This document shows, in pieces, positions 23,880-33,987 of a DNA stretch of 64,000 nucleotides (positions are counted from its first letter, which is position 1; the number at the start of each line of letters is the position of its first letter). Origin of the DNA: an uncultured Mycoplasmatota bacterium (GTDB lineage: Bacteria; Bacillota_I; Bacilli_A; RF39; UBA660); contig CAMYVW010000001.1 in the NCBI GenBank assembly GCA_947302655.1, positions 340,263-404,262 of the forward strand, written 5' to 3'. A program made the position numbers and the translations under genes. Under the pieces are notes generated by a model that was not told the origin of the DNA, made no database searches, and saw nothing but the letters and a program-made list of their open reading frames with translations.

Positions 23880-26066
23880 TTGATAAAGGTTACTGGAAAA
23901 ATAAGAAATAATATTTATGTTGGTGACAATGGTTACATTGTCACTTTATTTCGTGTAAAAAATATATCCAGTGATGAATATAAAGAGTTTTTAAATAAAA
24001 CAATTACTGTATGTGGAAGTATTATAAATCCTAATAATGAAGATTTATATACTTTAAATGGTGATTTTACCGAACATCCAAGATATGGTTTTCAATTTAA
24101 ATTTGATTCATATGAAAAAAGTGTTCCATCAGATAAAGATACTTTAATAGAGTTTTTATCAAGTTCATTAATTAAAGGATGCGGAGAAAAAACAGCAAAA
24201 CAAATTGTTGATCATTTTGGATTAGATGCCATTAACATTATTAAAAATAATCCCGAACGATTAAGTGAAATAAAGATGACTGAATCAAAGATAAATAAAA
24301 TATATTTATCTATTTGTAGTTATACAAATGCAGATGATTCCCTAGAATATTTAAAAAATCTTGGATTTAAACCAAACGAAGCATCGCTACTATTTTCAAA
24401 ATATGGTGATGGAATTAAAAATGTTATAAATGATTCATATTATTCACTTAATGATTTAATAAGTTTTAATCGTTTAGATGAAATTTATATTAAAAATTTT
24501 GATAAAAATAGTGATGTAAGAATTAATGCCTGCATTTTAGAATCTATTAAAAGTCTAGATATTTTAACAGGTGATACTTTTCATAGTTTAAAAGAAGTAT
24601 ATAGTTATTTTAATAAAAGATTTAATGTAAGTTTAAATGATGAATCATATAGTAAACATATAAAATATCTTGAAAAAAATAGTGATATTGTCTTAGAAAA
24701 TGATAATGTATATTTTATTGAAACTTATGAAGATGAGTTATTAATTACTAATGTAATAGGAAGTATATTAAAATATGGAAGGAAAGATAAACTAAGTTCA
24801 TCTTCAATTACCAGTTTACTTAAGTATGAAAACATAACATATAATAAAGAGCAAAAAGAAGCTATAATTACTGCAATAAATAATCCAATTACAATAATAA
24901 GTGGTGGACCTGGTGTAGGTAAAACAACTATTGTTAAAGCAATAGTAAATGCTTATATGGAAAAAAATCATATAACAAGTATGGATGCTTTACATAAAAT
25001 AACCCTTCTTGCTCCAACTGGTAGAGCAGCTAAAAAATTAGCATCATCAACCCTTCTTCCAGCTTCAACAATTCATAGATTCTTAAAATGGAATAAAGAA
25101 ACTGATAGTTTCCAAATAAATGAATATAATAAAGCTTATCATGAATTAATAATTGTTGATGAAGTTAGTATGCTTGATAATCATTTATTTGCATCTTTAC
25201 TTAGAGGTTTAACATCAAATATTAAACTTGTATTAGTTGGTGATGTTTTTCAACTTCCAAGTGTAGGTCCAGGGCAAGTTTTAAGAGATTTAATATCATC
25301 AGATAAAATACCTTATATTATGTTAAATCAGATTTATAGACAAAGTGAAAACTCATATATCCCATATCTTGCCAGAGATATAAAAGAGTTAAATATATCA
25401 GAAGATATATTTAAACGTAAAGATGATTATTCTTTTATTGATGTTAAAATAGATAATATTAAAAAAACAATTATGAAAATATGTGAGTTATCTAAAGAAA
25501 AAGGTATAAGTGAAAATGATATTCAAATTCTTGCACCAATGTATAAAGGTGAAAATGGAATTGATAATTTAAATCATGTAATGCAAGAATTTTTTAATCC
25601 TAAAGATAGTAGTAAAAATGAAATAACATACGGTTTTGTAACTTATAGAGAAAAAGATAAAGTATTACAGCAAATTAATAACCCTGATTGTAATGTTTTT
25701 AATGGTGATATAGGGTATATAACTGAAATAAAATATAAATCTAATAATAGAGAAAAAGATAAAATCACTATTAATTTTGATGGTAACTATGTTGAATATA
25801 CTAAAGAAGACTTATCAATGATTAAACATGCATATGCAATAACTATTCATAAATCTCAAGGTAGTGAATTTCCTCATGTTATTATGCCAATATGTCATAG
25901 TTATAATAAAATGCTTTATAATAAACTTATTTATACCGGAGTATCAAGAGCAAAAAAAAGTTTAGTAGTTCTAGGAGAAAAGGAAGCTTTCTTAAACGCA
26001 ATAAACAATAATTATAGTACTAATAGAAAAACTGGTTTACTTGATAAATTAATGAATAATTTATAA
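23880..26066 (+). CDS. recD2: ATP-dependent RecD-like DNA helicase RecD2
   Basis: HPRYGFQF, LIKGCGEKTA, GGPGVGKTT Walker A, IIVDEVSM, VGDVFQLPSV, YAITIHKSQGSEF. Confidence 0.95.
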   Translation: MIKVTGKIRNNIYVGDNGYIVTLFRVKNISSDEYKEFLNKTITVCGSIINPNNEDLYTLNGDFTEHPRYGFQFKFDSYEKSVPSDKDTLIEFLSSSLIKGCGEKTAKQIVDHFGLDAINIIKNNPERLSEIKMTESKINKIYLSICSYTNADDSLEYLKNLGFKPNEASLLFSKYGDGIKNVINDSYYSLNDLISFNRLDEIYIKNFDKNSDVRINACILESIKSLDILTGDTFHSLKEVYSYFNKRFNVSLNDESYSKHIKYLEKNSDIVLENDNVYFIETYEDELLITNVIGSILKYGRKDKLSSSSITSLLKYENITYNKEQKEAIITAINNPITIISGGPGVGKTTIVKAIVNAYMEKNHITSMDALHKITLLAPTGRAAKKLASSTLLPASTIHRFLKWNKETDSFQINEYNKAYHELIIVDEVSMLDNHLFASLLRGLTSNIKLVLVGDVFQLPSVGPGQVLRDLISSDKIPYIMLNQIYRQSENSYIPYLARDIKELNISEDIFKRKDDYSFIDVKIDNIKKTIMKICELSKEKGISENDIQILAPMYKGENGIDNLNHVMQEFFNPKDSSKNEITYGFVTYREKDKVLQQINNPDCNVFNGDIGYITEIKYKSNNREKDKITINFDGNYVEYTKEDLSMIKHAYAITIHKSQGSEFPHVIMPICHSYNKMLYNKLIYTGVSRAKKSLVVLGEKEAFLNAINNNYSTNRKTGLLDKLMNNL

Positions 26067-26101
26067 ATAAATTCACATATTATTACTAGGACGTGATAAA
26101 A

Positions 26102-26254
26102 GTGAATAAAATAGTAAAAACAATGATAGGTATGGCTGGTGTTGCTGGTGCTGGAATTATTGGTTATTCCATGATGAATAAAAAAATAAGAAAAAAAGCC
26201 GATGAACTTAAAAACACGATGATAGATGAAGCCAAAGATATTATAAAAAAGTAA
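26102..26254 (+). CDS. Small membrane protein (50 aa), YrzQ/DUF3918- or YtxH-like; missing from the ORF track
   Basis: GTG start after AGGACGTGA; MNKIVKTMIGMAGVAGAGIIGYSMMNKKIRKKADELKNTMIDEAKDIIKK. Confidence 0.7.
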   Translation: MNKIVKTMIGMAGVAGAGIIGYSMMNKKIRKKADELKNTMIDEAKDIIKK

Positions 26255-26301
26255 TTATTTTTATAATTATTAATAATATTAATTAGATAAGTAGGTGATT
26301 T

Positions 26302-26538
26302 ATGCATATTTTAATAGCTCTTTTAATTGGAGCTATAGCTGGATATTTAGCTAACTTTATTATGAATAATGATAGTGGTATATTATCTAATATCATAATT
26401 GGAGTTATTGGTGGTATAGTTGGAGATCTAATTTTTAGTATATTCGGAATATCCTTTGGTGGTTTAATAGGTAATATTGTAATATCTGTAGTAGGAGCTT
26501 GTTTACTATTATTTATTGTAAATAAACTCATAAAATAA
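26302..26538 (+). CDS. GlsB/YeaQ/YmgE family stress membrane protein
   Basis: LIGAIAGYLANFIM..GILSNIIIGVIGGIVG..SVVGACLLLFI pattern. Confidence 0.88.
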   Translation: MHILIALLIGAIAGYLANFIMNNDSGILSNIIIGVIGGIVGDLIFSIFGISFGGLIGNIVISVVGACLLLFIVNKLIK

Positions 26539-26609
26539 AATAATAATATTTTTTCAAATATTATTATTTTTTTATACTGTTATGTAGAAGTAAAAGAAAA
26601 AGGTGAAAA

Positions 26610-27734
26610 ATGGACCAAGGTAAAATAAAACTTGATAATAATAAATTAAATAAACTTATAAATCATGCTAATAATTTAGTAAAGTTATTATATTTTCTAT
26701 TTATAGCTGGAATTATTCTAGCAGGTATTATTGTTATTAAAGAACTTCACATAATATCATTTATATTTAAGATTTTAAGCGTTTTATCGCCTATATTTAT
26801 TGGTTTTATTATTGCATGGCTTTTTAATCCTTTAGTATTAAAAATTGAAGGAAAAGGTATACCTAAAATAGTTAGTATACTAATTGTTTTTTTATTAATA
26901 TCTTTATTTGTATTTATTTTTTTTAAAGTCTTTATACCTGTTCTTTATAATCAAATAAATGATTTAATAAGAGTATTTCCTAGTATTTTAAATTCTATTT
27001 CTAACTTTTGTGATAAAGTTGTTTTAAAATTTCAAAAAGAAGGAATAGATATAGGAAACTTCAAGGAAAATGTTTTAAATGGTATTAATAGTTATACTGA
27101 TAGTTTATCAAAAAATATTCCATCTCATATTCTTGGCATGACTAAAAGTTTTTTTAGTATTATTGGGACAGTTTTAATGGGAATTGTTGTAGCAATATAT
27201 ATTCTTTTAGATTATGAAAATCTTTATGATAAATGCTTAAAAATTATTCCTAGTAATAAATGCAAAGAAATAAAAGATTTAACCATTACTATAGGTGAAG
27301 AAGTAAGAAAAACAATTAACGGAACTTTACTTGTTGCTTTAATGGTTCTTGTAGGTGATACCATTGCATTTTCTTTAATAGGTTTAGATTCACCACTTTT
27401 ATTTGGTGTATTATGTGGTTTAACAGATCTAATACCATTTGTTGGTCCTTATATTGGTGGTGGTGCAGCCGTAATAGTTGCTTTTACCAAGTCAACTCCT
27501 GTTGGAATAGGTGTTTTAATTGCATGTATTATAGTTCAGTGTGTTGAAAACTATATTTTACAACCTGTTGTTATGAGTAAAGCTATAAAAATAAATCCTG
27601 TGTTAATAATTGCATCACTTCTTTTATTTGGTAAGTTCTTTGGAATTTTTGGTATGATTATTGCAACACCAGTTTTAGCCTTGATAAAAGTAATATTCGA
27701 ATACATCTGTAAGAGGAACAAATTGCCGATTTAA
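26610..27734 (+). CDS. AI-2E family transporter (YrrI-like)
   Basis: LSPIFIGFIIAWLFNPLV, GLTDLIPFVGP, QCVENYILQP, GKFFGIFGMIIATP. Confidence 0.93.
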   Translation: MDQGKIKLDNNKLNKLINHANNLVKLLYFLFIAGIILAGIIVIKELHIISFIFKILSVLSPIFIGFIIAWLFNPLVLKIEGKGIPKIVSILIVFLLISLFVFIFFKVFIPVLYNQINDLIRVFPSILNSISNFCDKVVLKFQKEGIDIGNFKENVLNGINSYTDSLSKNIPSHILGMTKSFFSIIGTVLMGIVVAIYILLDYENLYDKCLKIIPSNKCKEIKDLTITIGEEVRKTINGTLLVALMVLVGDTIAFSLIGLDSPLLFGVLCGLTDLIPFVGPYIGGGAAVIVAFTKSTPVGIGVLIACIIVQCVENYILQPVVMSKAIKINPVLIIASLLLFGKFFGIFGMIIATPVLALIKVIFEYICKRNKLPI

Positions 27735-27735
27735 C

Positions 27736-27764
27736 TTTACATTTGTTCGATAATAATGTAGAAT
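27736..27764 (+). promoter_or_regulatory. Sigma-A promoter carrying shared element ACATTTGTTCGAT (copy 2)
   Basis: TTTACA-TTTGTTCGATAATAATG-TAGAAT, 17-bp spacer. Confidence 0.7.
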
Positions 27765-27796
27765 ACATAACTACATTTAAAAAAGGAGTGATTTGT

Positions 27797-28747
27797 GTGA
27801 ATTATATAGCTATAAAATCAACTGGAAATCTATTGCTAGATAAAATAAAAGTTTTAAATGTTGTTTTTAAACCTCTTGGTTACACATTTATGAAAGATGA
27901 AGATACTGATAAGGTATTATTAATTGAAAATAATAAAAATAGAGTTTGTTTAGAAGAAAATGATTATAAATCTAATAATGGAATTAATAGATATATTCTT
28001 GATAACTCAAGAACATTAAGTGTTAATTTTGATAATTTAGATCGTCTTATAAATGCATTTATTACTGATGATGTAAAAGGATCTACACATATATTTGTTC
28101 AATTTGAAGATACTAAATATCTAAAAAAATTTAATTTAATTGATAAAGATGCCTGGTATAGTGATCCTACTCTTATAATTACAAACTTTCAAATAACTAT
28201 GAATGATTATAAATATACAATAGATTACTATCAATCAAATGGAATGCTTTCGTTTGGTAAATATAATGGTAATGATAATATTCATATTGGTATGTCTAGA
28301 AGTGATGGAAGTGATACATTACTTACTTTTAGTTCATACATTAATAATCAATCATCTGTTATAGCTTCGTCAGGAAATGAACTTTATCATAATCTTTCTT
28401 TAACGGATAATTTAGAGGATAAATCATTTAAAGTTCAATTACATTCTAACTATTCAACTGGTAAAAAAATGAATTTAGATTTATCTACTATTGATAAATA
28501 TAAACATTATAGTAATTCTAATCTTATTAATAATAAAAATGTTAGAGATATATTAGATGAAGTAGTAAATTGCTATAATGAAGTATTTCCATATAATAAT
28601 GGAGAAAATATCTTATTAGGTGGTTATTTATATAATGCATATACAAATGGCAAACCTAATGATGAAAAATTAGCTGATAATTTTTTAGAAGCTGCGAATA
28701 TTCCAATAAAAAGTTTGGAATCACAAAGAGTTAATAAGAAAAAATAA
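27797..28747 (+). CDS. Hypothetical orphan protein
   Basis: SD AAGGAGTGA favours GTG 27797; Asn-rich, basic C-terminus QRVNKKK. Confidence 0.7.
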   Translation: MNYIAIKSTGNLLLDKIKVLNVVFKPLGYTFMKDEDTDKVLLIENNKNRVCLEENDYKSNNGINRYILDNSRTLSVNFDNLDRLINAFITDDVKGSTHIFVQFEDTKYLKKFNLIDKDAWYSDPTLIITNFQITMNDYKYTIDYYQSNGMLSFGKYNGNDNIHIGMSRSDGSDTLLTFSSYINNQSSVIASSGNELYHNLSLTDNLEDKSFKVQLHSNYSTGKKMNLDLSTIDKYKHYSNSNLINNKNVRDILDEVVNCYNEVFPYNNGENILLGGYLYNAYTNGKPNDEKLADNFLEAANIPIKSLESQRVNKKK

Positions 28748-28755
28748 TAATTACA

Positions 28756-28789
28756 AATAATTGCCTTTTAGGCAATTTTTTGTTAGAAT
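28756..28789 (+). terminator. Terminator overlapping the T-box promoter
   Basis: AATTGCCT-TTT-AGGCAATTTTT; TTGCCT-17-TAGAAT with extended TG. Confidence 0.7.
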
Positions 28790-28795
28790 ATCAAT

Positions 28796-29005
28796 GTAAT
28801 CAATGATTTAAGATGTAATAAAAGTTATTTTATTAGAGAACTTACATTTTGGTGAAAGTAAGTAAATAGTTTTTATTATCTGCTACTTAAGGAGATTAAT
28901 CGGAGTTGTTCATTCCTTCGTTAAAAAAGAAAATTAAGTAAAAGTAAGGATGGTACCGCATTTATTGCTCCTTGATAGGTGTAATAAATGTGTTTTTTTA
29001 TTTTT
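28796..29005 (+). ncRNA. T-box riboswitch, alanine specifier (GCU)
   Basis: AGAGAA, GGTGAAAG, specifier GCT at 28882-28884, T-box-like AAGGATGGTACCGC at 28946-28959, GCTCCT, terminator CATTTATTGC..GTAATAAATG plus T-tract; alaS lies downstream. Confidence 0.82.
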
Positions 29006-29023
29006 AAGAAAGGAAAGTTTATT

Positions 29024-29563
29024 ATGAAAGTTTATGTAATGGCTGGAAAAGCTGGTTGTGGTAAAAACACTAGTGCAAGTTATATGAAAAAATATTATGA
29101 AAGTATTGGTAAATCTGTTGTAATTACAGAAATATCTAAGTATTTAAAACTATTTGCATATGAAATTAAAGATTGGGATGGAGAAAGAGACACTAAACCA
29201 AGAGCTTTTTTACAAGAAGTTGGTTCTTTAATTCGTCATGAATTATTTACGGATGATTTTTTTATTAAAAGATTTTTAGAAGATATGAAGGTCTATGAAA
29301 AATTTGTTGATGTTGTTATTGTAGCTGATGCAAGATTTCCAAAAGAAATTGAAATGATAAAAGAAGCTTGCAATTCCATTTCAATTGAAGTTATAAATGA
29401 ATTTAGTGAATATGAACTTAAAGGTAGTGAAACTAAACATGAAACTGAAACAGCACTTGATTCATACAGTAATTTTGATTATGTAGTTCATAATAAAACT
29501 TTTAAGCAACTAGAAGAAGATTTAATTAACATAGTAAAAGAGGTCGAAAAAAATGAAGAGTAA
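29024..29563 (+). CDS. P-loop nucleoside monophosphate kinase (dNMP kinase / phosphomevalonate-kinase-like)
   Basis: GKAGCGKNT Walker A, WDGERD.KPRAFLQEVG, VIVADARFPKE, HETETALD..FDYVV.N; SD AAGGAAAG favours ATG 29024. Confidence 0.75.
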   Translation: MKVYVMAGKAGCGKNTSASYMKKYYESIGKSVVITEISKYLKLFAYEIKDWDGERDTKPRAFLQEVGSLIRHELFTDDFFIKRFLEDMKVYEKFVDVVIVADARFPKEIEMIKEACNSISIEVINEFSEYELKGSETKHETETALDSYSNFDYVVHNKTFKQLEEDLINIVKEVEKNEE

Positions 29564-31301
29564 TTTAAAAGATTTATATATAGATTTTTTTGTAAGCAAA
29601 GGGCATAAACAAATTCCATCTGCACCTGTTGTTCCTGAAAATGATCCATCAGTATTATTTAATACTGCTGGAATGCAGCCTTTAATACCATATTTAATGG
29701 GTCAAAAGCATCCATATGGAACAAGACTTACAGATTATCAAAAATGTGTAAGAACTAATGATTTAGAAGCTATTGGTGATAGTTATCATCATACTTTTTT
29801 TGAAATGCTTGGTAACTGGAGTTTAGGTGATTATTTTAAAAAAGAAGCTATTACATGGAGTTTTGAATTCTTAACAACAGTTTTAAATATACCAGTTGAA
29901 AGACTTGCAGTAACTGTATTTGCAGGTAATGATTTAATTCCATTTGATGAAGAATCTTATAATATTTGGAGAAGTTTAGGTATTCCAGAAAAACGAATAG
30001 CTAGAACTGTAGAAGATAACTTCTGGATTGCTGGTGAAACAGGTCCATGTGGTTCGGATAGTGAAATGTTTTACTTTAGAAGTGATGATGAGATTCCTGA
30101 AAAATTTGATCCTGAAGATGATAGATGGGTTGAAATATGGAATGATGTTTTCATGGAATTTGAAAAACACGAAGATGGAAGTATAACAAGTCTTCCAAGT
30201 AAAAATGTTGATACTGGAATGGGCGTTGAAAGAACTACTGCAATACTAGAAGGTAAAAAAGATAACTATGCATCATCTATTTGGACTCCTGTTATATCAT
30301 TAATTGAAAAATTATCAAATTTACCATATGAAGGTAATGAAAAGTCAATGAGAATTATAGCAGATCATTTAAGAACTGCAGTATTTATTCTTGCTGATCC
30401 AGCTGGAATAAAACCATCTAATACAGATCAGGGATATATTTTAAGAAGATTAATTAGAAGATCAATTAGACATGCAAAAAAATTAAATATTGATATAAAT
30501 TCAACTTGGGAACAAGAAATAGCTTGTGTAATTTTAGATATGTATGAAAGCTATTATCAAGAATTAAAAGATAATAGAAATGTTGTTCTTGAAGGATTAT
30601 CTAATGAGAAAATTAAATTTAATCGCACCTTAGAAAAAGGTTTAAGAGAATTTGAGAAAGTAACTAAAGACAATGAAGATATTGATGGAGTAACTGCATT
30701 CCATTTATTTGATACCTATGGATTTCCTATTGAACTTACTTGTGAATTAGCAGAAGATAAAGGACTAAAAGTGGATGTTGAAGGATATAAAACTAAATTT
30801 AAAGAACATCAAGAATTATCAAGAACAGCATCTGCAGGAAAATTTAAAGGTGGACTTGCAGGAAATGGTGAAATAGAAACAAAATATCACACTGCAACAC
30901 ATTTATTAAATGCAGCATTAAAATTAGTTGTAGGTCCTGATGTTCATCAAAAAGGAAGTAATATTACATCAGAAAGACTTCGTTTTGACTTTTCTTGTGA
31001 TCACAAATTAACTGATGAAGAAAAACAAAAAACTGAAGAGATAGTTAATAAATGGATTGAAGAAGACTTACCAGTTGTTGTTAAAGAAATGAATAAAGAT
31101 GAAGCCATTAAATCTGGTGCTGAATGTATGTTTATTGAAAAATATCCTGATATAGTTACTGTATATTTTATTGGTGATGTATCTAAAGAACTTTGCGGTG
31201 GACCTCATGTTAAATCTACGAAAGAACTTGGTCACTTTAAAATAACTAAGGAAGAAGCATCTTCTCAAGGTGTAAGACGTATTAAAGCCATTCTTGAATA
31301 A
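29553..31301 (+). CDS. alaS: Alanine--tRNA ligase, short form without C-Ala domain
   Basis: LFNTAGMQP, HHTFFEMLGNWS, VDTGMGVER, editing HTATHLL and ELCGGPHV; ends at GVRRIKAILE. Confidence 0.97.
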   Translation: MKSNLKDLYIDFFVSKGHKQIPSAPVVPENDPSVLFNTAGMQPLIPYLMGQKHPYGTRLTDYQKCVRTNDLEAIGDSYHHTFFEMLGNWSLGDYFKKEAITWSFEFLTTVLNIPVERLAVTVFAGNDLIPFDEESYNIWRSLGIPEKRIARTVEDNFWIAGETGPCGSDSEMFYFRSDDEIPEKFDPEDDRWVEIWNDVFMEFEKHEDGSITSLPSKNVDTGMGVERTTAILEGKKDNYASSIWTPVISLIEKLSNLPYEGNEKSMRIIADHLRTAVFILADPAGIKPSNTDQGYILRRLIRRSIRHAKKLNIDINSTWEQEIACVILDMYESYYQELKDNRNVVLEGLSNEKIKFNRTLEKGLREFEKVTKDNEDIDGVTAFHLFDTYGFPIELTCELAEDKGLKVDVEGYKTKFKEHQELSRTASAGKFKGGLAGNGEIETKYHTATHLLNAALKLVVGPDVHQKGSNITSERLRFDFSCDHKLTDEEKQKTEEIVNKWIEEDLPVVVKEMNKDEAIKSGAECMFIEKYPDIVTVYFIGDVSKELCGGPHVKSTKELGHFKITKEEASSQGVRRIKAILE

Positions 31302-31350
31302 ATACTAAAAAAATGGTAAAATATCTTTGTAGTAGAGGTGAAATAAAACT

Positions 31351-31587
31351 ATGGATAAAACTAGTTTATATGATGTTTCTTTAATAAAAAAAGAAGCAAT
31401 AACAGCTACACTTAAAGAAGTATACGAAGCCCTAGAAGAAAGAGGATATAACCCAATTAATCAAATAGTAGGTTATTTAATTAGTGGTGATCCTGGATAT
31501 ATTTCTAGTTATAAAGATGCTCGTAGTAAAATGATAACTCTTGATAGAAGTGAAGTAGTAATGTTACTTCTAATGGAGTTTTTATAG
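31351..31587 (+). CDS. ireB: IreB family (UPF0297) protein
   Basis: [28 protein letters not shown]. Confidence 0.93.
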   Translation: MDKTSLYDVSLIKKEAITATLKEVYEALEERGYNPINQIVGYLISGDPGYISSYKDARSKMITLDRSEVVMLLLMEFL

Positions 31588-32015
31588 TGAGATATCTTGG
31601 CCTTGATCTAGGTACAAAAACTCTTGGTGTTGCTATAACAGATAAAAGTAATATATTAGCAAGTCCCCTTAAAACAATTCGTTTTAATTTTGAGGATTAC
31701 TTTGCACCTTTAAAGGAGCTTAAAGAGATAATTGATGCTAATAAAATTACTGAACTTATTTTAGGAAATCCCATAAATATGGATGGAACTAGAGGTTTTG
31801 CATCAGAAAGATCATTAAAATTTAAGGAAATTTTAGAAAAAGAATTTAATTTACCAGTTAACTTAATAGATGAAAGATTATCAAGTTTAGAAGCGCATAA
31901 TATATTAAGTTCTAATGGTAAAAAGGAAATAGATCATAAAAAAAATGTTGATGCAGTTGCAGCATCAATTATCCTTGAATCATTTTTAAAGAGAAAGGAA
32001 AATGATCATGACTAA
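31587..32015 (+). CDS. ruvX: YqgF/RuvX pre-16S rRNA nuclease
   Basis: LGLDLGTKTLGVA, LGNPINMDG, IDERLSS, VDAVAASIILE. Confidence 0.95.
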   Translation: MRYLGLDLGTKTLGVAITDKSNILASPLKTIRFNFEDYFAPLKELKEIIDANKITELILGNPINMDGTRGFASERSLKFKEILEKEFNLPVNLIDERLSSLEAHNILSSNGKKEIDHKKNVDAVAASIILESFLKRKENDHD

Positions 32016-32292
32016 GAAAAAAGATTTAAATTATTTTACTGTTACTGATAGTAAGGGTAAAGAAACAGAATATGAAATATTATTTACATTTGAATCTGAA
32101 GATACAAATAAAAAATATATCGTATACACAAATAACGAAAAAGATAAAGATGACATGATAAAAACTTATGCTTCTATTTATGAAGAAGATGGCGATGTTT
32201 TAAAGCTTTCTAAAATAGAAGACGAAAAAGAATGGAACGTAGTTGAAAAACTACTTAATCATGCAACAGAAGAAATGAAAAAGGAAGACTAA
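32002..32292 (+). CDS. DUF1292 (UPF0473) protein
   Basis: KETEYEILFTF..KKYIVY..IEDEKEWNVVE; conserved position after ruvX. Confidence 0.88.
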   Translation: MIMTKKKDLNYFTVTDSKGKETEYEILFTFESEDTNKKYIVYTNNEKDKDDMIKTYASIYEEDGDVLKLSKIEDEKEWNVVEKLLNHATEEMKKED

Positions 32293-32302
32293 GAGGGATA
32301 AA

Positions 32303-33385
32303 ATGAAAAAGATGTTATTAATAATAATTCCAATAACTCTTGTTCTTTTTTTTATTGCTGCTTTAACTTTTATTAAACTAGGAACTGGTGCAGTAAGTAA
32401 AAAAAATGATAAAGAAATAATCTTTGAAATTCACGCTGGTGATTCTAGAAATACAATTGTAAAAAATTTAAAAACTGCAGGTTTAGTTAAAAATAAATTA
32501 GCTGCGACAATATATATCAACCTACATCGAGGATATAATTTACAAGCTGCTAAATATTCTTTAAATAGAACAATGACATTAAAAGAAATACTTACAAAGT
32601 TTGATAAAGGTGAAAAATATGATGACAGAGTTGCTGTTAGTCTTAAATTTGTTCCTGGTAAAAGATTAGTTGACTATGCTCAAACAATTGCTGACTTTAA
32701 AAACAAATATCAAGATCCAGTAGTTAAAGTAACTAAAGAAGATATTATTAATGAAATTAATGATTCTGAATACATTAAAACATTAATTAATAAATATTGG
32801 TTCTTAACTGATGAAGTTTTAAATAGTGAAATTTACTATGCTTTAGAGGGATACTTACAACCAGAGACTTATCAATTTTATACAACTGCTACAACTAAAG
32901 ATATAATCGAAAGAATGTTAAATGCAACTGATAAAAAGTTAAAACCCTTAGAATCAGATATAAAAAACAGTGGACATTCTGTTCATGAAATTTTATCAGC
33001 AGCAGCTGTAATTGAAAAAGAAGCTAACTCTGATGAAGATAGGGCAAAAGTTGCTCAAGTTATATATAAAAGAATAAGTATTGGTATGAACTTAGGTATG
33101 GATGTTACAGCATATTATGCTGCTAAAGTTGAGCAAACTATAGATAATCCATATATGTATGCTTGGAACTTCTTACCAAGTAAATATAATACAAGAAATA
33201 AAGATAACTTAGGACTTCCAGTAGGTCCAATTTGTAATCCATCACTTTCTTCAATCAAAGCTGCACTTCATCCAAGTGATACAAATTATTTATATTTCTA
33301 TGCAGATATAAATACTGGAAAAGTATATTTTGCAGAAGACTATAATGGATTTATACAAATTCAAAAAAATTTAGGTGATAAATAA
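32303..33385 (+). CDS. mltG: Endolytic transglycosylase MltG
   Basis: N-terminal TM, LEGYLQPETY, AAVIEKE catalytic Glu, YNT..GLPVGPICNPS, YLYFY. Confidence 0.92.
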   Translation: MKKMLLIIIPITLVLFFIAALTFIKLGTGAVSKKNDKEIIFEIHAGDSRNTIVKNLKTAGLVKNKLAATIYINLHRGYNLQAAKYSLNRTMTLKEILTKFDKGEKYDDRVAVSLKFVPGKRLVDYAQTIADFKNKYQDPVVKVTKEDIINEINDSEYIKTLINKYWFLTDEVLNSEIYYALEGYLQPETYQFYTTATTKDIIERMLNATDKKLKPLESDIKNSGHSVHEILSAAAVIEKEANSDEDRAKVAQVIYKRISIGMNLGMDVTAYYAAKVEQTIDNPYMYAWNFLPSKYNTRNKDNLGLPVGPICNPSLSSIKAALHPSDTNYLYFYADINTGKVYFAEDYNGFIQIQKNLGDK

Positions 33386-33987
33386 TGAAACAATTTATAA
33401 TAGAAATGGAAAACTATGCTAATGAACATAATGTTCCTATAATTGAAAAAGATTCAATTGCTTTTATTATGAAATATATTAAAAATCATAATATTAAAAA
33501 TGTCCTAGAAATAGGTAGTGCAATTGGATATTCTGCTATTTTGATGGCTAGTAGTTCTCCTGATGTATATGTTACTACAATTGAAAGAGACGAAACTAGA
33601 TATATGGAATGTTTAAAAAATGTTAAAGCATGTGGTTTAGATAAAAAAATAAACGTTGTATATCAAGATGCACTTGAAGTAAATCTATCAAATGTTGAAT
33701 ATGATCTAATTTTTATTGATGCTGCTAAAGGTCAATACACAAAGTTTTTTGAAAAATTTAAATATTTTTTAGCTAAAGATGGAACTATTATTACTGATAA
33801 TCTTAAATTTCATGGACATGTTGGAAAATCAAGTAAAATAGAAAGTAGTAATTTAAGAAATCTAGTTAAAAAAATAGAAAGTTACATAGATTTTTTACAA
33901 GAAAATAAAGAATTTGATACAAAGTTTTATGATGTAGGTGATGGACTTTCTGTATCAGTTCGTCATAGTGATGATAAAGATGAATAA
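33385..33987 (+). CDS. trmR: SAM-dependent O-methyltransferase (YrrM/TrmR-like)
   Basis: VLEIGSAIGYSA, IFIDAAKGQY, IITDN, GDGLSVS; synteny with yrrM. Confidence 0.8.
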   Translation: MKQFIIEMENYANEHNVPIIEKDSIAFIMKYIKNHNIKNVLEIGSAIGYSAILMASSSPDVYVTTIERDETRYMECLKNVKACGLDKKINVVYQDALEVNLSNVEYDLIFIDAAKGQYTKFFEKFKYFLAKDGTIITDNLKFHGHVGKSSKIESSNLRNLVKKIESYIDFLQENKEFDTKFYDVGDGLSVSVRHSDDKDE

